Shown in pieces: positions 1 through 8,879 of a stretch of DNA of 37,141 nucleotides. A model generated the notes under the pieces. It saw only the letters and a program-made list of their open reading frames with translations. It did not search any database and was not told the origin of the DNA. The stretch covers positions 1-37,141 of the forward strand of contig CAZPCO010000003.1 in the NCBI GenBank assembly GCA_964585025.1, written 5' to 3'. Source of the stretch: an uncultured bacterium (GTDB lineage Bacteria > Muiribacteriota > Ozemobacteria > Ozemobacterales > Ozemobacteraceae). The first letter of the stretch is position 1. Each line of letters begins with the position of its first letter. Both the position numbers and the translations under genes were made by a program.

Positions 1-1614
1 CAGAGTCGTGTTGTCGGTGAAGTCGGAAAGCAGCTGGAAAGTAAATTTGCGGCCAGAATAACCATCGGTGTCATAAGCTTTGTTCGGGTCGATTTCCCAG
101 GTTTTCGACAGATAGGTGGCTTCTACTGAAAGGTTGTTGGCCATGGCCAGCAGCTTGTTTCCAAAGTCGTAGTTGACCGAGAAGCGGGTCAGTTTTTCAC
201 CTTCAAAATTGGGGCGGCCATAATTGCTGTCGACATCGAGATTATAAGGGTAGTCATCGGTATCGCCAACATCGTAAGCCCAGACCGGAGCCATCATTGC
301 CCGGAAATGTCTGCCAAAATCATAATGTTTAACTGTGCCGGTAAAACCACCGTTCTGGACGCTGACATCGAAGCGGGAGCCTTCGTCGCCAAAGTTCTTC
401 TGGTTGGCATCCTTGTCTGCCGTATCGGTAAGATATGCATTCGAAGTAAGGAATTCGGCACTGCCGGTGATCTTGCCGGCCCTGTCGGTCGAGTAATTGA
501 GGTCGACGCCACGAACAGTGTTTGAATTGCCACGGGTCTTGTAATCAAAAATCTTTTCGGCGTATGAAGTGCCGACCGAAAATGTGTCTTCACTGAATTT
601 TTCCGGCAGTTTCCAGACCACACGACCTGAAATCATATCGGAAGTGTCACTGTAATCATCTCTGATATCACTTTTCAGGGCTGAACCCTGATAAGAAACG
701 CCGCCTTCCGAACCCGAAACTTCGACACCCTGATAAGGCTGCACGACATCAGTATCTTCAGTCAGCACGTTCATCGGGTCATCGATACCGGTCGCCGATT
801 CACCCGAGAATACCCTGACCTTCATCGATTTGGCCTTGCTGACGAGATGCAGCTTGTTCGAGCGCACGTAGTTGTCGTTCTGAACGTATCTTACATAATC
901 GTCGACATTGTCGAAGGGGTTCTGGCCGTTGTTGCCGACGTTGTTGTATACCACCTTGTTCCAGGTGCGGCCCTTGATATAGCCAAGAAGTTCATAAAAC
1001 GTTTCGATCTTTTCGCCAAAAGGCTTGCCGGTGAATTTCAGATAAATCTGCTGATAGAAAGTCACCAGACCAGGATCGACAAAGGAAGCTTCATCGCCGG
1101 CTTCGTTTCTGCCAACAGTTGAAGGCTCAACGATATACTGGCCGCGACCACGATAAAACCCGGTGATCTTCATTTTGGGAATCATATTTTCAAGGTCTTT
1201 TACCTTGTTTTCGTTGTCTACCATGCGGCGTTCGAGAGAATCGACGCGTACGTCGAGCAAACCGAGTTCATCACGGAATTCTTTGGTAAGACGTGAAAGA
1301 GCTGCCCGCTCTTCTTCGCTGGCAGCATCGATCGAAGCTTTTTTCTCTTCCATGCGCTTGAGAATACGCGCCAGGATGAGGGCAATATCGTATCTTGTCG
1401 TTACTTTGCGGCCTTTGAAGGTGCCGTCGGGGTAGCCTTCCATATATCCCTGGCTGATAAGAAAATCGACATCGGAAAAGGCCCAGTGATCTTTCGGCAG
1501 ATCCTGAAATGCTGCAGACTGGGCATTTGCGACAGCGGCAACCAGCAGGCACAAAAGTAGCGCAACAAACCCTCTAAACAGGGAAAATCTGCTTATATTC
1601 TTTGTTTGCCTCAT
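1..1614 (-). CDS. SLH-domain outer-membrane porin (SLH + coiled coil + beta-barrel, OmpM/Slp-like); 3' end runs off the window
   Basis: My own translation of the minus strand from the ATG at 1612-1614 gives MRQTKNISRFSLFRGFVALLLCLLVAAVANAQS, a signal peptide. It is followed by an SLH-like segment (FQDLPKDHWAFSDVDFLISQGYMEGYPDGTFKGRKVTTRYDIALILARIL) and a heptad-like coiled coil (EEERAALSRLTKEFRDELGLLDVRVDSLERRMVDNENKVKDLENM). After that comes Tyr/Gly/Asp/Asn-rich sequence with alternating beta-strand character. The frame stays open to position 1, which explains why it is absent from the complete-ORF track. Confidence 0.8.
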   Translation of the reverse strand, partial: MRQTKNISRFSLFRGFVALLLCLLVAAVANAQSAAFQDLPKDHWAFSDVDFLISQGYMEGYPDGTFKGRKVTTRYDIALILARILKRMEEKKASIDAASEEERAALSRLTKEFRDELGLLDVRVDSLERRMVDNENKVKDLENMIPKMKITGFYRGRGQYIVEPSTVGRNEAGDEASFVDPGLVTFYQQIYLKFTGKPFGEKIETFYELLGYIKGRTWNKVVYNNVGNNGQNPFDNVDDYVRYVQNDNYVRSNKLHLVSKAKSMKVRVFSGESATGIDDPMNVLTEDTDVVQPYQGVEVSGSEGGVSYQGSALKSDIRDDYSDTSDMISGRVVWKLPEKFSEDTFSVGTSYAEKIFDYKTRGNSNTVRGVDLNYSTDRAGKITGSAEFLTSNAYLTDTADKDANQKNFGDEGSRFDVSVQNGGFTGTVKHYDFGRHFRAMMAPVWAYDVGDTDDYPYNLDVDSNYGRPNFEGEKLTRFSVNYDFGNKLLAMANNLSVEATYLSKTWEIDPNKAYDTDGYSGRKFTFQLLSDFTDNTTL

Positions 1615-1681
1615 TCTTTTCTTATATTTCCTTGAGAATTGGAATGCTCCAAGGTCTTTATCGACAGAACCATGCAAAAAC

Positions 1682-2980
1682 ATGAGATTTTTGCACGGTA
1701 AAATTGTTATCTGTTATATTCTTTACATGCGCGAAGAATTCATCAGGGTAACCAGCTTTTTTGAACTGCGCCTGCGCTGGCTGCTGCCATCAGCGGCGGC
1801 TGTTTATATCGCCATACTTCTGGCCAATTCTCAGAAGCTTCTGCTGCATCTGCCAGGGCCGGCAATCATGACCGCAGTATTTCTGGTCTATCTGGCACTT
1901 ACCTGCCATGTAGCAGGCTTTATCACCAACAGATTGTCGATGGCCTGGAGAATCGCCTACCCGACTGTAATTCTCTGGCTTTATCCAACCATTGCAATGA
2001 TGACGATCACTGCCGGTTCCTGGTGCTTTCTGATCATATCAAATCGTCTTCTCGGCCGAGGGTTCTGGAGTGACTGGCTCGGCCTGACCGGCCAGGATAC
2101 CACTTCGTTTTTCTTTGCCAGCTTCGCGGCCATGATGATCTACATTGGCCTGCAATTCGCATTTTCGATGTTCAAGGTGCTGCGCTGGATTCTCGATATT
2201 CCTTACAGCCACATGCAGACAATTAATGCCAGCATCAACCCTTTCAGCGGTGATATCGGCCGGGAAATCGGCGCGGCACTCGAACAGGCAAAGCAGGAAA
2301 GCGAAATCATCAGAGAGAATCGCGGTCAGGCGACCCGCATGAACCGCACCGCTCTTCTGGTCATGATTTTGCTCGCCGCAGCCTCCGCAGCCTGGATCAT
2401 ATATTTCAGACCGGCACTGATTCTTTATTACCGGGCCGAAATTCAGCTGCGAACATTTCTCGAACCAGCAACCGCCTGGGAAACCTTCAGACATCTTGCC
2501 GACAAATACCCCGGATACCGTTTCCTCGATACAGTCAGATACCGCATGGCCTGGATACTTGACCGCAGGCTTGAACGTTACGAAGAGGCTGCAGAAGCCT
2601 ATGAAAACTTTCTCAAGCAGTTTTCCATCAACAATGTCTGGGCCGATGAAGCGGTTGCCGCTCTGGTCAGACTCAATCTCGACCGGCTCAATCAGCCTGA
2701 ACGCGCCCTGTCATGGATCGACACCTATCTGAAAAATTTCCCCGGCGGCGTCATGTTTCTGCATATGAAGCTCTACAGGATCAGGGCTCTGAACAAGACC
2801 TGCGCAATCACAGAAGCCAGAGCAGAGCTTGAAAAAGCCAGCCGGCTTTACTCACACCAGAAAATTCAGATTATCAACATCGAAGACCGGCTTGTAGACC
2901 TGATCAGCTTTGCAGACGCCCTGGCCGCTGAAGAGGCTGAACCGGCATCCATCAGGGAAGAGTCGAAAGATAGGCCTTGA
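1682..2980 (+). CDS. Polytopic membrane protein with a C-terminal TPR-like helical domain (hypothetical)
   Basis: This is a 432-aa ORF with several hydrophobic helices in the N-terminal 250 aa. The C-terminal part resembles TPR repeats (YEEAAEAYENFLKQF..., ALVRLNLDRLNQPERALSWIDTYLKNFP). No clear RBS is visible, so the start is uncertain; alternative ATGs exist at 1727 and further downstream. Confidence 0.5.
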   Translation: MRFLHGKIVICYILYMREEFIRVTSFFELRLRWLLPSAAAVYIAILLANSQKLLLHLPGPAIMTAVFLVYLALTCHVAGFITNRLSMAWRIAYPTVILWLYPTIAMMTITAGSWCFLIISNRLLGRGFWSDWLGLTGQDTTSFFFASFAAMMIYIGLQFAFSMFKVLRWILDIPYSHMQTINASINPFSGDIGREIGAALEQAKQESEIIRENRGQATRMNRTALLVMILLAAASAAWIIYFRPALILYYRAEIQLRTFLEPATAWETFRHLADKYPGYRFLDTVRYRMAWILDRRLERYEEAAEAYENFLKQFSINNVWADEAVAALVRLNLDRLNQPERALSWIDTYLKNFPGGVMFLHMKLYRIRALNKTCAITEARAELEKASRLYSHQKIQIINIEDRLVDLISFADALAAEEAEPASIREESKDRP

Positions 2981-3770
2981 TAAGCGGCCCGCTGAGCACT
3001 TTTGCGAGACCAAGACCGCGACGGGTGCGGGTTGTCTGTTTACCGGCCGGCCGCAACTCTTCGAGAAATACTTCCTGTAAAACCATACCGGCAAGAAAAC
3101 CAGTGCTGTCGCCACCCGAGAAAACCACCGGCGCTCCGCTGTAGCCCTCAAAGACCTCGAAATCGACGTAAAACACTGGCTGGGTAGAGCTCGGCAGAAC
3201 CGGAAAGCTCGAGACTACACCCTCCCTTACAAAAGCGAAGCCGGCTTCACTTCCGGCCTCACCATATGGATACCCTGGAATGAGAACCCGCACCCCGCTG
3301 CCAAAACCAGCACGGTCAAGACGACTGTCGTCGGCGGCAAAATCACGGGCAAGCACACAACAGTCAGCTTCACCAGGCAACCCGATTTTCAGGGCTGCCA
3401 GGTCGAGTTCAGCGTTGAGATAAAACAAAGGTTGCCTGCCGGTGCGAATCTTTACCTGCACCGGACTGCCGTAAAAAATTCCGCGCACCTGCCGACGCAT
3501 GGTTATCTGGGCATTTTCACCGCTGATGCGGGTCAGAATATGCCCGGCGGTAACCAGCCAGGCCTGATCGGAATTACCACCACGCCCCTGCATCAGAAAC
3601 GCCGTGCCGAAAACAGGTTCGCCAGAAGCGTCGCTGCCACTGATACGCAATACCGACCGCAGAACCGCATCGAAAGGCGAACCAGCCATAACCGGCCCGC
3701 TGACAACCAGAACAAACAGCAGCAACAGCGCCCCTCGGCGCCACCAGCCCATGCCGATAGATTCTGACAT
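2952..3770 (-). CDS. Secreted trypsin-like (S1 family) serine protease
   Basis: The catalytic triad context is visible: LVTAGHIL (His), DLAALKI (Asp) and GYSGAPVV (GxSGxP Ser). I chose the internal ATG at 3768-3770 because AGGAG lies 8 nt upstream and it yields the signal peptide MSESIGMGWWRRGALLLLFVLVVSGPVMAGSP. The longer track ORF (to 3872) adds a non-signal extension. Confidence 0.8.
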   Translation of the reverse strand: MSESIGMGWWRRGALLLLFVLVVSGPVMAGSPFDAVLRSVLRISGSDASGEPVFGTAFLMQGRGGNSDQAWLVTAGHILTRISGENAQITMRRQVRGIFYGSPVQVKIRTGRQPLFYLNAELDLAALKIGLPGEADCCVLARDFAADDSRLDRAGFGSGVRVLIPGYPYGEAGSEAGFAFVREGVVSSFPVLPSSTQPVFYVDFEVFEGYSGAPVVFSGGDSTGFLAGMVLQEVFLEELRPAGKQTTRTRRGLGLAKVLSGPLIKAYLSTLP

Positions 3771-4027
3771 AGAATAATCTCCTGCTGAATAATACCATAG
3801 AAGACCTGCCTGACATAACCTGCCGGTCAGCAATGCCCGGCCAGCAGCAATTCTCGATGAGCTGCAAAACACCAGACATCTGAGCTTGTCGGAAGGCCGG
3901 CCCGGCAGCTTCGACGCCGCTCAGTCAACCTGCTTTGCCAGTTTCAGCAATCAGAGAAGCTACGCCTTCGCAAAATTTAACGACATTTTTTACCGAAAAT
4001 TGCTGTGCGACCAGAGCATGTCACTGT

Positions 4028-5143
4028 TTAAACAAACAGGCTGGCCATGACGTGGTCGGCGATGGCCAGCCCACGGTCGGTCAGACGCACACATTCGCCA
4101 TTTTTTTCGAGATTACCCTGAATGATCTGGTGTTCCAGCTCAGCAAAAAACTCTGTCGGCTGGGCACCGAACCTGGCCGTCAGCTGGGCAAGATCGAGAC
4201 CATCAGAGAGCAGACGCAGGCTCAGCATCAGAAACTCGTTTCGCCTGTCGATTGCCGATAGTAGTTCCTGCTGCGGCTGACAGGAATGCAGCCAGCGTTG
4301 CAGATCGGCAGGAGCAGTCAGACGCAGACCGTTACGACATGACACGGCCGATGGGCCAATACCGATGTAATCATCGGCATGCCAGTAGCCAAGATTATGG
4401 CGACAGCGGCGCCCTGGCCTGGCATAATTCGAGATTTCATAGTGCTCGAAGCCGGCAGCCAGAAGCACAGCCCGCAACTCAAAAAGCTCTTCGGGGCCGA
4501 TTTCTGAAGGATCAGGCAATTCTTTTGCTTCGATGCGACGATGCAGCGGGGTATTTGCCTCGACGGTCAAAAAGTAGGCTGAAACATGTTTGAGATCAAA
4601 ACGTTGCAGCAGAGCGGCAGCGGCCGCAGCCAGCGACGGACAACCGGGAACGCCGAGAATAAGGTCGATGCCGATGTTTTCGATTCGGGCGCAGGCAAGA
4701 TCGAGAGACCGGTAAACAGCGTCAAGCCTGGCATGCCGGCCCAGCAGCACCAGTTCACTGTCTGCAAGGCGCTGCACACCGATACTCAGTCTTATTCCCG
4801 GCAGATCCGCCAACAGATCGACAATTTCACTGGTCAGAGTTTCCGGGTTGGTCTCAAAAGTCATTTCCACAGGCGGTTTTGCAGCATAAAACGGCCTGAT
4901 AATTTCCAGCAGGCGTGTTATACCGGTCAGCCCAATGGCAGTAGGGTTGCCGCCACCGACAAAAACCGTATCGACTGCTTCAGGGCCGCCGACTCTTGCG
5001 GCAACAGCTTCTTCAGCCAGTCTTACCAGATATGCGTCGACAGAACCGCTCACCGGCACAGTCGAATAAAAACCGCAGTAATCGCATCTGCTCAGGCAAA
5101 ATGGCACATGCACATACAGCCCGGTTGAACCGCGGATTTTCAT
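4028..5143 (-). CDS. hemW: Radical SAM HemN/HemW-family protein (heme chaperone / oxygen-independent coproporphyrinogen oxidase-like)
   Basis: The radical SAM motif CLSRCDYCGFY (CxxxCxxC) lies near the N-terminus, with GGGNPT and the HemN-family segment CRHNLGYW further on. The start is set at the ATG at 5141-5143 (MKIRGSTGLYVHVPFC), which gives about 371 aa, typical for HemW. The track ORF start at 5284 would run 110 nt into the 3' end of the upstream gene. Confidence 0.8.
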   Translation of the reverse strand: MKIRGSTGLYVHVPFCLSRCDYCGFYSTVPVSGSVDAYLVRLAEEAVAARVGGPEAVDTVFVGGGNPTAIGLTGITRLLEIIRPFYAAKPPVEMTFETNPETLTSEIVDLLADLPGIRLSIGVQRLADSELVLLGRHARLDAVYRSLDLACARIENIGIDLILGVPGCPSLAAAAAALLQRFDLKHVSAYFLTVEANTPLHRRIEAKELPDPSEIGPEELFELRAVLLAAGFEHYEISNYARPGRRCRHNLGYWHADDYIGIGPSAVSCRNGLRLTAPADLQRWLHSCQPQQELLSAIDRRNEFLMLSLRLLSDGLDLAQLTARFGAQPTEFFAELEHQIIQGNLEKNGECVRLTDRGLAIADHVMASLFV

Positions 5144-5174
5144 AGCCAGCTTCCTGGGTTTCCTGAACCAGTAT

Positions 5175-5768
5175 TCATGAGGGAACACCAGGATCATTTG
5201 AATCGCTGCCGGCAGAGCCTCCGCTGATACCAAAACGTCGCTGCAGAGTCTGCACAAAAGCTCGATCTGCAGTCTGGCTGACAAGAACGAGCGGCGAAAA
5301 TGCGTCGAGGGCTGATTTTCTTAGAAAAACGTAGAGAAGCCAGACGGTCAGCAGAATGTTTGGCCAGGCGTTGATTTCCCACTGGCCCGACCAGGTCATA
5401 CCATAATCAGAAAATGGAAACAGGTAATAAATTGGCCACTGATAGCCATCAGGGCCGCGGGCGCCGATCAGGTCGCAGAGCAGATGCAGATGAAAAATGG
5501 CGGCACACCACAGACTCAGGCGGGCATCTTTCCGGTAGAGAAAAATTGCCAGCACCAGAAGCAGACAAAAGGGCAGACAGTGACCGAATTTATGATGAAA
5601 AGCGCTGAAGAACTCAGCCTCGCCACCCCTGGCAATATCCAGCAGGGCCCCGGCGGCATCGATATCAGGAAGCAGTGAAACACCGGCGATCAGAGCAATA
5701 TCCCGAGGCTGCCTTCTGATGCTGCGACCAGCAACCCAGCCGATCAAAGCATGGGTGACAATATTCAT
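5175..5768 (-). CDS. Membrane-bound metal-dependent hydrolase (YdjM/DUF457-like)
   Basis: The N-terminus MNIVTHALIGW and the segment LLPDIDA are family-typical, as are the His-rich helices (FHHKFGH). The protein is a small polytopic membrane protein of 197 aa. Confidence 0.65.
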   Translation of the reverse strand: MNIVTHALIGWVAGRSIRRQPRDIALIAGVSLLPDIDAAGALLDIARGGEAEFFSAFHHKFGHCLPFCLLLVLAIFLYRKDARLSLWCAAIFHLHLLCDLIGARGPDGYQWPIYYLFPFSDYGMTWSGQWEINAWPNILLTVWLLYVFLRKSALDAFSPLVLVSQTADRAFVQTLQRRFGISGGSAGSDSNDPGVPS

Positions 5769-5837
5769 TCTTGCTTCCTGATAAAACTTTATATAGATTT
5801 ATATTAACATCAAATAATCGCTTTGGGGGCTGCCGAG

Positions 5838-6464
5838 ATGATTTTTGCACAGATCAGTGTTGGAAAAATGCAGAATTACTCGTATCTGTTTGCCGACCCG
5901 GTGAGCCATGAGGGTGTGGTCATCGACCCGGCATTCGACCATGATGCGATTCTGGCGGCAATACGCAGCAGCGGGGTGAACCTGACCAGAATCATTCTCA
6001 CCCACCACCACTTCGACCACATCAATGCCGCCACCCAATTAAAGGCTCATTCTGGCGCCGAGGTCATCTGCCACCGGGAAACAGCGCCATTGCTGCATGG
6101 TGGCGCGGCTTACGACCGACTCATCGACGACGGTTACAGCTTCAAGATCGGTGAAAACATCAAGACAATTTGCCTGCACACACCGGGGCACGCCCCCGGC
6201 GGGCTGTGCCTGGTCATCAACGACCAGTGGCTGGTAACAGGCGACACTCTATTCGTCGGCGACTGCGGGCGGGCCGACCTGCCTGGCAGCGACCCGCTGG
6301 CTCTATACAAAAGTCTCCAGCGTCTGAAAATGTTACCGGATCATCTGGTAGTATGCCCTGGTCACAATTATGGGCCGGCACCAACCCGCACTCTCGGGGA
6401 AGAGAAGCGCTTGAATCCAACTCTGCTGGCTGCCAGTCTCGAAGAGTTTTACCGGTTGCCGTAA
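5838..6464 (+). CDS. MBL-fold metallo-hydrolase (glyoxalase II-like)
   Basis: The HxHxDH motif is present (LTHHHFDH), followed by HTPGHAPGG and GDTLFVGDCGR. The ATG at 5838 is preferred over the in-frame TTG at 5823, but the start is uncertain by 15 nt. Confidence 0.85.
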   Translation: MIFAQISVGKMQNYSYLFADPVSHEGVVIDPAFDHDAILAAIRSSGVNLTRIILTHHHFDHINAATQLKAHSGAEVICHRETAPLLHGGAAYDRLIDDGYSFKIGENIKTICLHTPGHAPGGLCLVINDQWLVTGDTLFVGDCGRADLPGSDPLALYKSLQRLKMLPDHLVVCPGHNYGPAPTRTLGEEKRLNPTLLAASLEEFYRLP

Positions 6465-6468
6465 GGCA

Positions 6469-8814
6469 TCACCATTCGTAAGGTGCGCCCTGTTTCAGAG
6501 CCCAGTAAGCCGCGTCTGTCCAGCTCTTTTCAAAATCGGCTTCGCTGATCTTGAATACCTGGTTCAACGCCGGGCCAAACTCGCTGCCTTTGCTGACAAG
6601 CTCAATCAGTTTCATCATATCTCGACAGCCCTTGTCGAGCCCGCCTGATTTTTTCACGAGAAAGGCGGTCATCAGATATGCCTGAGCGGTGGCAGTTTCG
6701 AAAACCGCCGGCGAAGTATAACCCTCAGCAAAGATACTGTTGATCATATTTGCCGAAGCAAGTTTGGCAACTTTCGCCTCAAGGCTTTTCTGGGCAATCA
6801 GCATACGGTAACGCTGCGCCATGGTGCTGCCGGCAAGAATTTCCGCGAGACCGATCTGCATCCAGGCGGTACGATCCTTGTTGGTTTTGGCTTCAGGAAT
6901 GAGAATCTGAATGATCAAACGGGTGAGTTCTCCGGCAAGAAGATGCCCGGGAAGCTCTTCGATCAGAGTGCCCATTTCTTCGTCACCGAGCGCATCAAAA
7001 TTCGACAGAATGATATTTCTGATCATTTCTGAATCGTAATAAGCCGAAGTAACGGTCAATGCGGTGTTCTGCGGTTCATACATAGCAATGGTCGGCCCAA
7101 GGCCCTCAGCCGAAAGAAAGTTTACGAAAATAGGCACGCTGAGCGTTCCGATACGCGAGGCAATGCGTTCGTACATCTTATTGAGTTCAGCAGCAATCAT
7201 AGTTCTGCCCGATGGGTCGAGACCAGGACCGAGGGTAATCTGAAACATACCATCACCAGAAACAGGCGCTGACCCGGCTGCAGAAGGAGAAGCTGCCGCT
7301 GCCGGCGGCGGCGCTGTGACCTGCGGCAGAGGGGTTGCCGTCGAGCCCTCAGGAACAGGCATCGGCATAAAACCAGGCACCGCGGCACTTGCAAGCCGGT
7401 TGTTGATCTCTGTGAACAGTGCAATATCATCGCCAAGAGCAGGAAAGCCAGAGAGAAATTTGAGCATGTCAAGACGGTTTGGGTTCTGCTGAAACCCCTT
7501 TCGCAGCCATTCAATGGCCTTCTGGTTATCTCCAGTCTTGAAATGATAGAAGGATTCGAGATAGCAATACATGCTGCGTTCGGTCGAACGCGACCGCCAT
7601 TCATCGAGAGCCGATCGGGCATCAGGCAGTCTGTCGCTCAGCAGCAGGAGTGAAATGTAGCTCGGGTAAGCCTCAGGGTCGGTAAATGGCCGGCTGTTGG
7701 CCGCGTCGTTCAGGATGACGTTCAACTCGTTCGCCCGACCGCCCTGCAGAGCAAAAAGACCGGCCGCCAGACTTACCGACGGCATGTTATAACCTCTTCT
7801 GAAAGCCCGGGCAAGCCTTTTTGAAGCCTTATCACTTTCTTCACGCTGTAACAGATAACCAACCCACAGCAGCTCGAGCTCAGGATTGCCAGGGTCGCGC
7901 ACTCCGGCTTCCTGCAGAGCCTGACCGGCTTCTTTTATTTTATGCAGATCGAGCATGATTCTGGCCTGAGTAATGAAAGCGTCAGGGGAATTCGGATTTG
8001 CCTTGTTGAACTGGTCAACCAGCGACATGGCTTTATTCCACTGGTCGATATCGTAGAGGGCCCGGAAATAATTACCGGCTGAACTGCCTGGATGCGGGTC
8101 GTTGATCATCGCTTTAACAAAAAGCAGAATTGGCTGATATGGCGATTTTGCGAGATTCTGTTCGGCAATATTGAGAGCATCACGGTTACGCCCGAGAAAC
8201 CAGGCGCAGAGCGCTGTCAGAGAAGACCCATCAGGACCAGGGTATCTCTTTTCATATTCTTCGGACAGAGCGAGCGCCAGATAAATCTGACCGCGCTCGA
8301 TTGCCTTCATGACTGAGTCGAAATGCAGTTTCTGGTTAACGAGCCGGTCGAGCAGTTTTGGCAGCGCCTCGGAAATTTCGGCAAAATGGTCGGCCAGCTT
8401 GGTCTGATCGACTGGAATCGGCCGCGGTCTGGCCGGCAGGCGCGAAAGATACCTCTGAGCGACCTTGTTGACCAGACTCAGAGAACTGGCTTTGCGCAGC
8501 CATTCTGCAGCAAGCAGGGGCCGACCGGCCTGCAGCTCGATAACACCGAGAAGATTCAAAATGTTCTGACTGCGGTTTCCATCAAAATAAAGGCGCAGAG
8601 AATACAGCCTGGCCGCATCGAGCTGTCCCGAGGCCATTGCTTCACGGGCCAGGCGGTAAAGATCTTTTGCAGAAAGCAGATTGGGCTTGGAAAAAGCCTC
8701 CTGCGGCGTGGCCGTGGCACCACTCTCTGTTTGAGCGAGCAAAACAGATTGAAACGATAAAAGACAAAACAACAAGCATAAAACTGTCGTGGTTATTCTG
8801 TTCATGGAATTCAT
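6469..8814 (-). CDS. Secreted TPR-repeat protein with Pro/Ala-rich linker and a C-terminal degenerate peptidase-MA-like domain
   Basis: From the ATG at 8814 (or 8805) the product begins MNSMNRITTTVLCLLFCLLSFQSVLLAQT, a signal peptide. The track start at 8883 is a TTG. About 500 aa of TPR-like helical repeats are followed by the linker PLPQVTAPPPAAAASPSAAGSAP. The last 259 aa contain AGELTRL and WMQIGLAEIL (see findings). Confidence 0.7.
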   Translation of the reverse strand: MNSMNRITTTVLCLLFCLLSFQSVLLAQTESGATATPQEAFSKPNLLSAKDLYRLAREAMASGQLDAARLYSLRLYFDGNRSQNILNLLGVIELQAGRPLLAAEWLRKASSLSLVNKVAQRYLSRLPARPRPIPVDQTKLADHFAEISEALPKLLDRLVNQKLHFDSVMKAIERGQIYLALALSEEYEKRYPGPDGSSLTALCAWFLGRNRDALNIAEQNLAKSPYQPILLFVKAMINDPHPGSSAGNYFRALYDIDQWNKAMSLVDQFNKANPNSPDAFITQARIMLDLHKIKEAGQALQEAGVRDPGNPELELLWVGYLLQREESDKASKRLARAFRRGYNMPSVSLAAGLFALQGGRANELNVILNDAANSRPFTDPEAYPSYISLLLLSDRLPDARSALDEWRSRSTERSMYCYLESFYHFKTGDNQKAIEWLRKGFQQNPNRLDMLKFLSGFPALGDDIALFTEINNRLASAAVPGFMPMPVPEGSTATPLPQVTAPPPAAAASPSAAGSAPVSGDGMFQITLGPGLDPSGRTMIAAELNKMYERIASRIGTLSVPIFVNFLSAEGLGPTIAMYEPQNTALTVTSAYYDSEMIRNIILSNFDALGDEEMGTLIEELPGHLLAGELTRLIIQILIPEAKTNKDRTAWMQIGLAEILAGSTMAQRYRMLIAQKSLEAKVAKLASANMINSIFAEGYTSPAVFETATAQAYLMTAFLVKKSGGLDKGCRDMMKLIELVSKGSEFGPALNQVFKISEADFEKSWTDAAYWALKQGAPYEW

Positions 8815-8879
8815 TATAGCAGCGCTCAATTTCCCAGCCAAGCAACTTTTAGCCGGGATCTCATCTGGTATGTCGGTTT

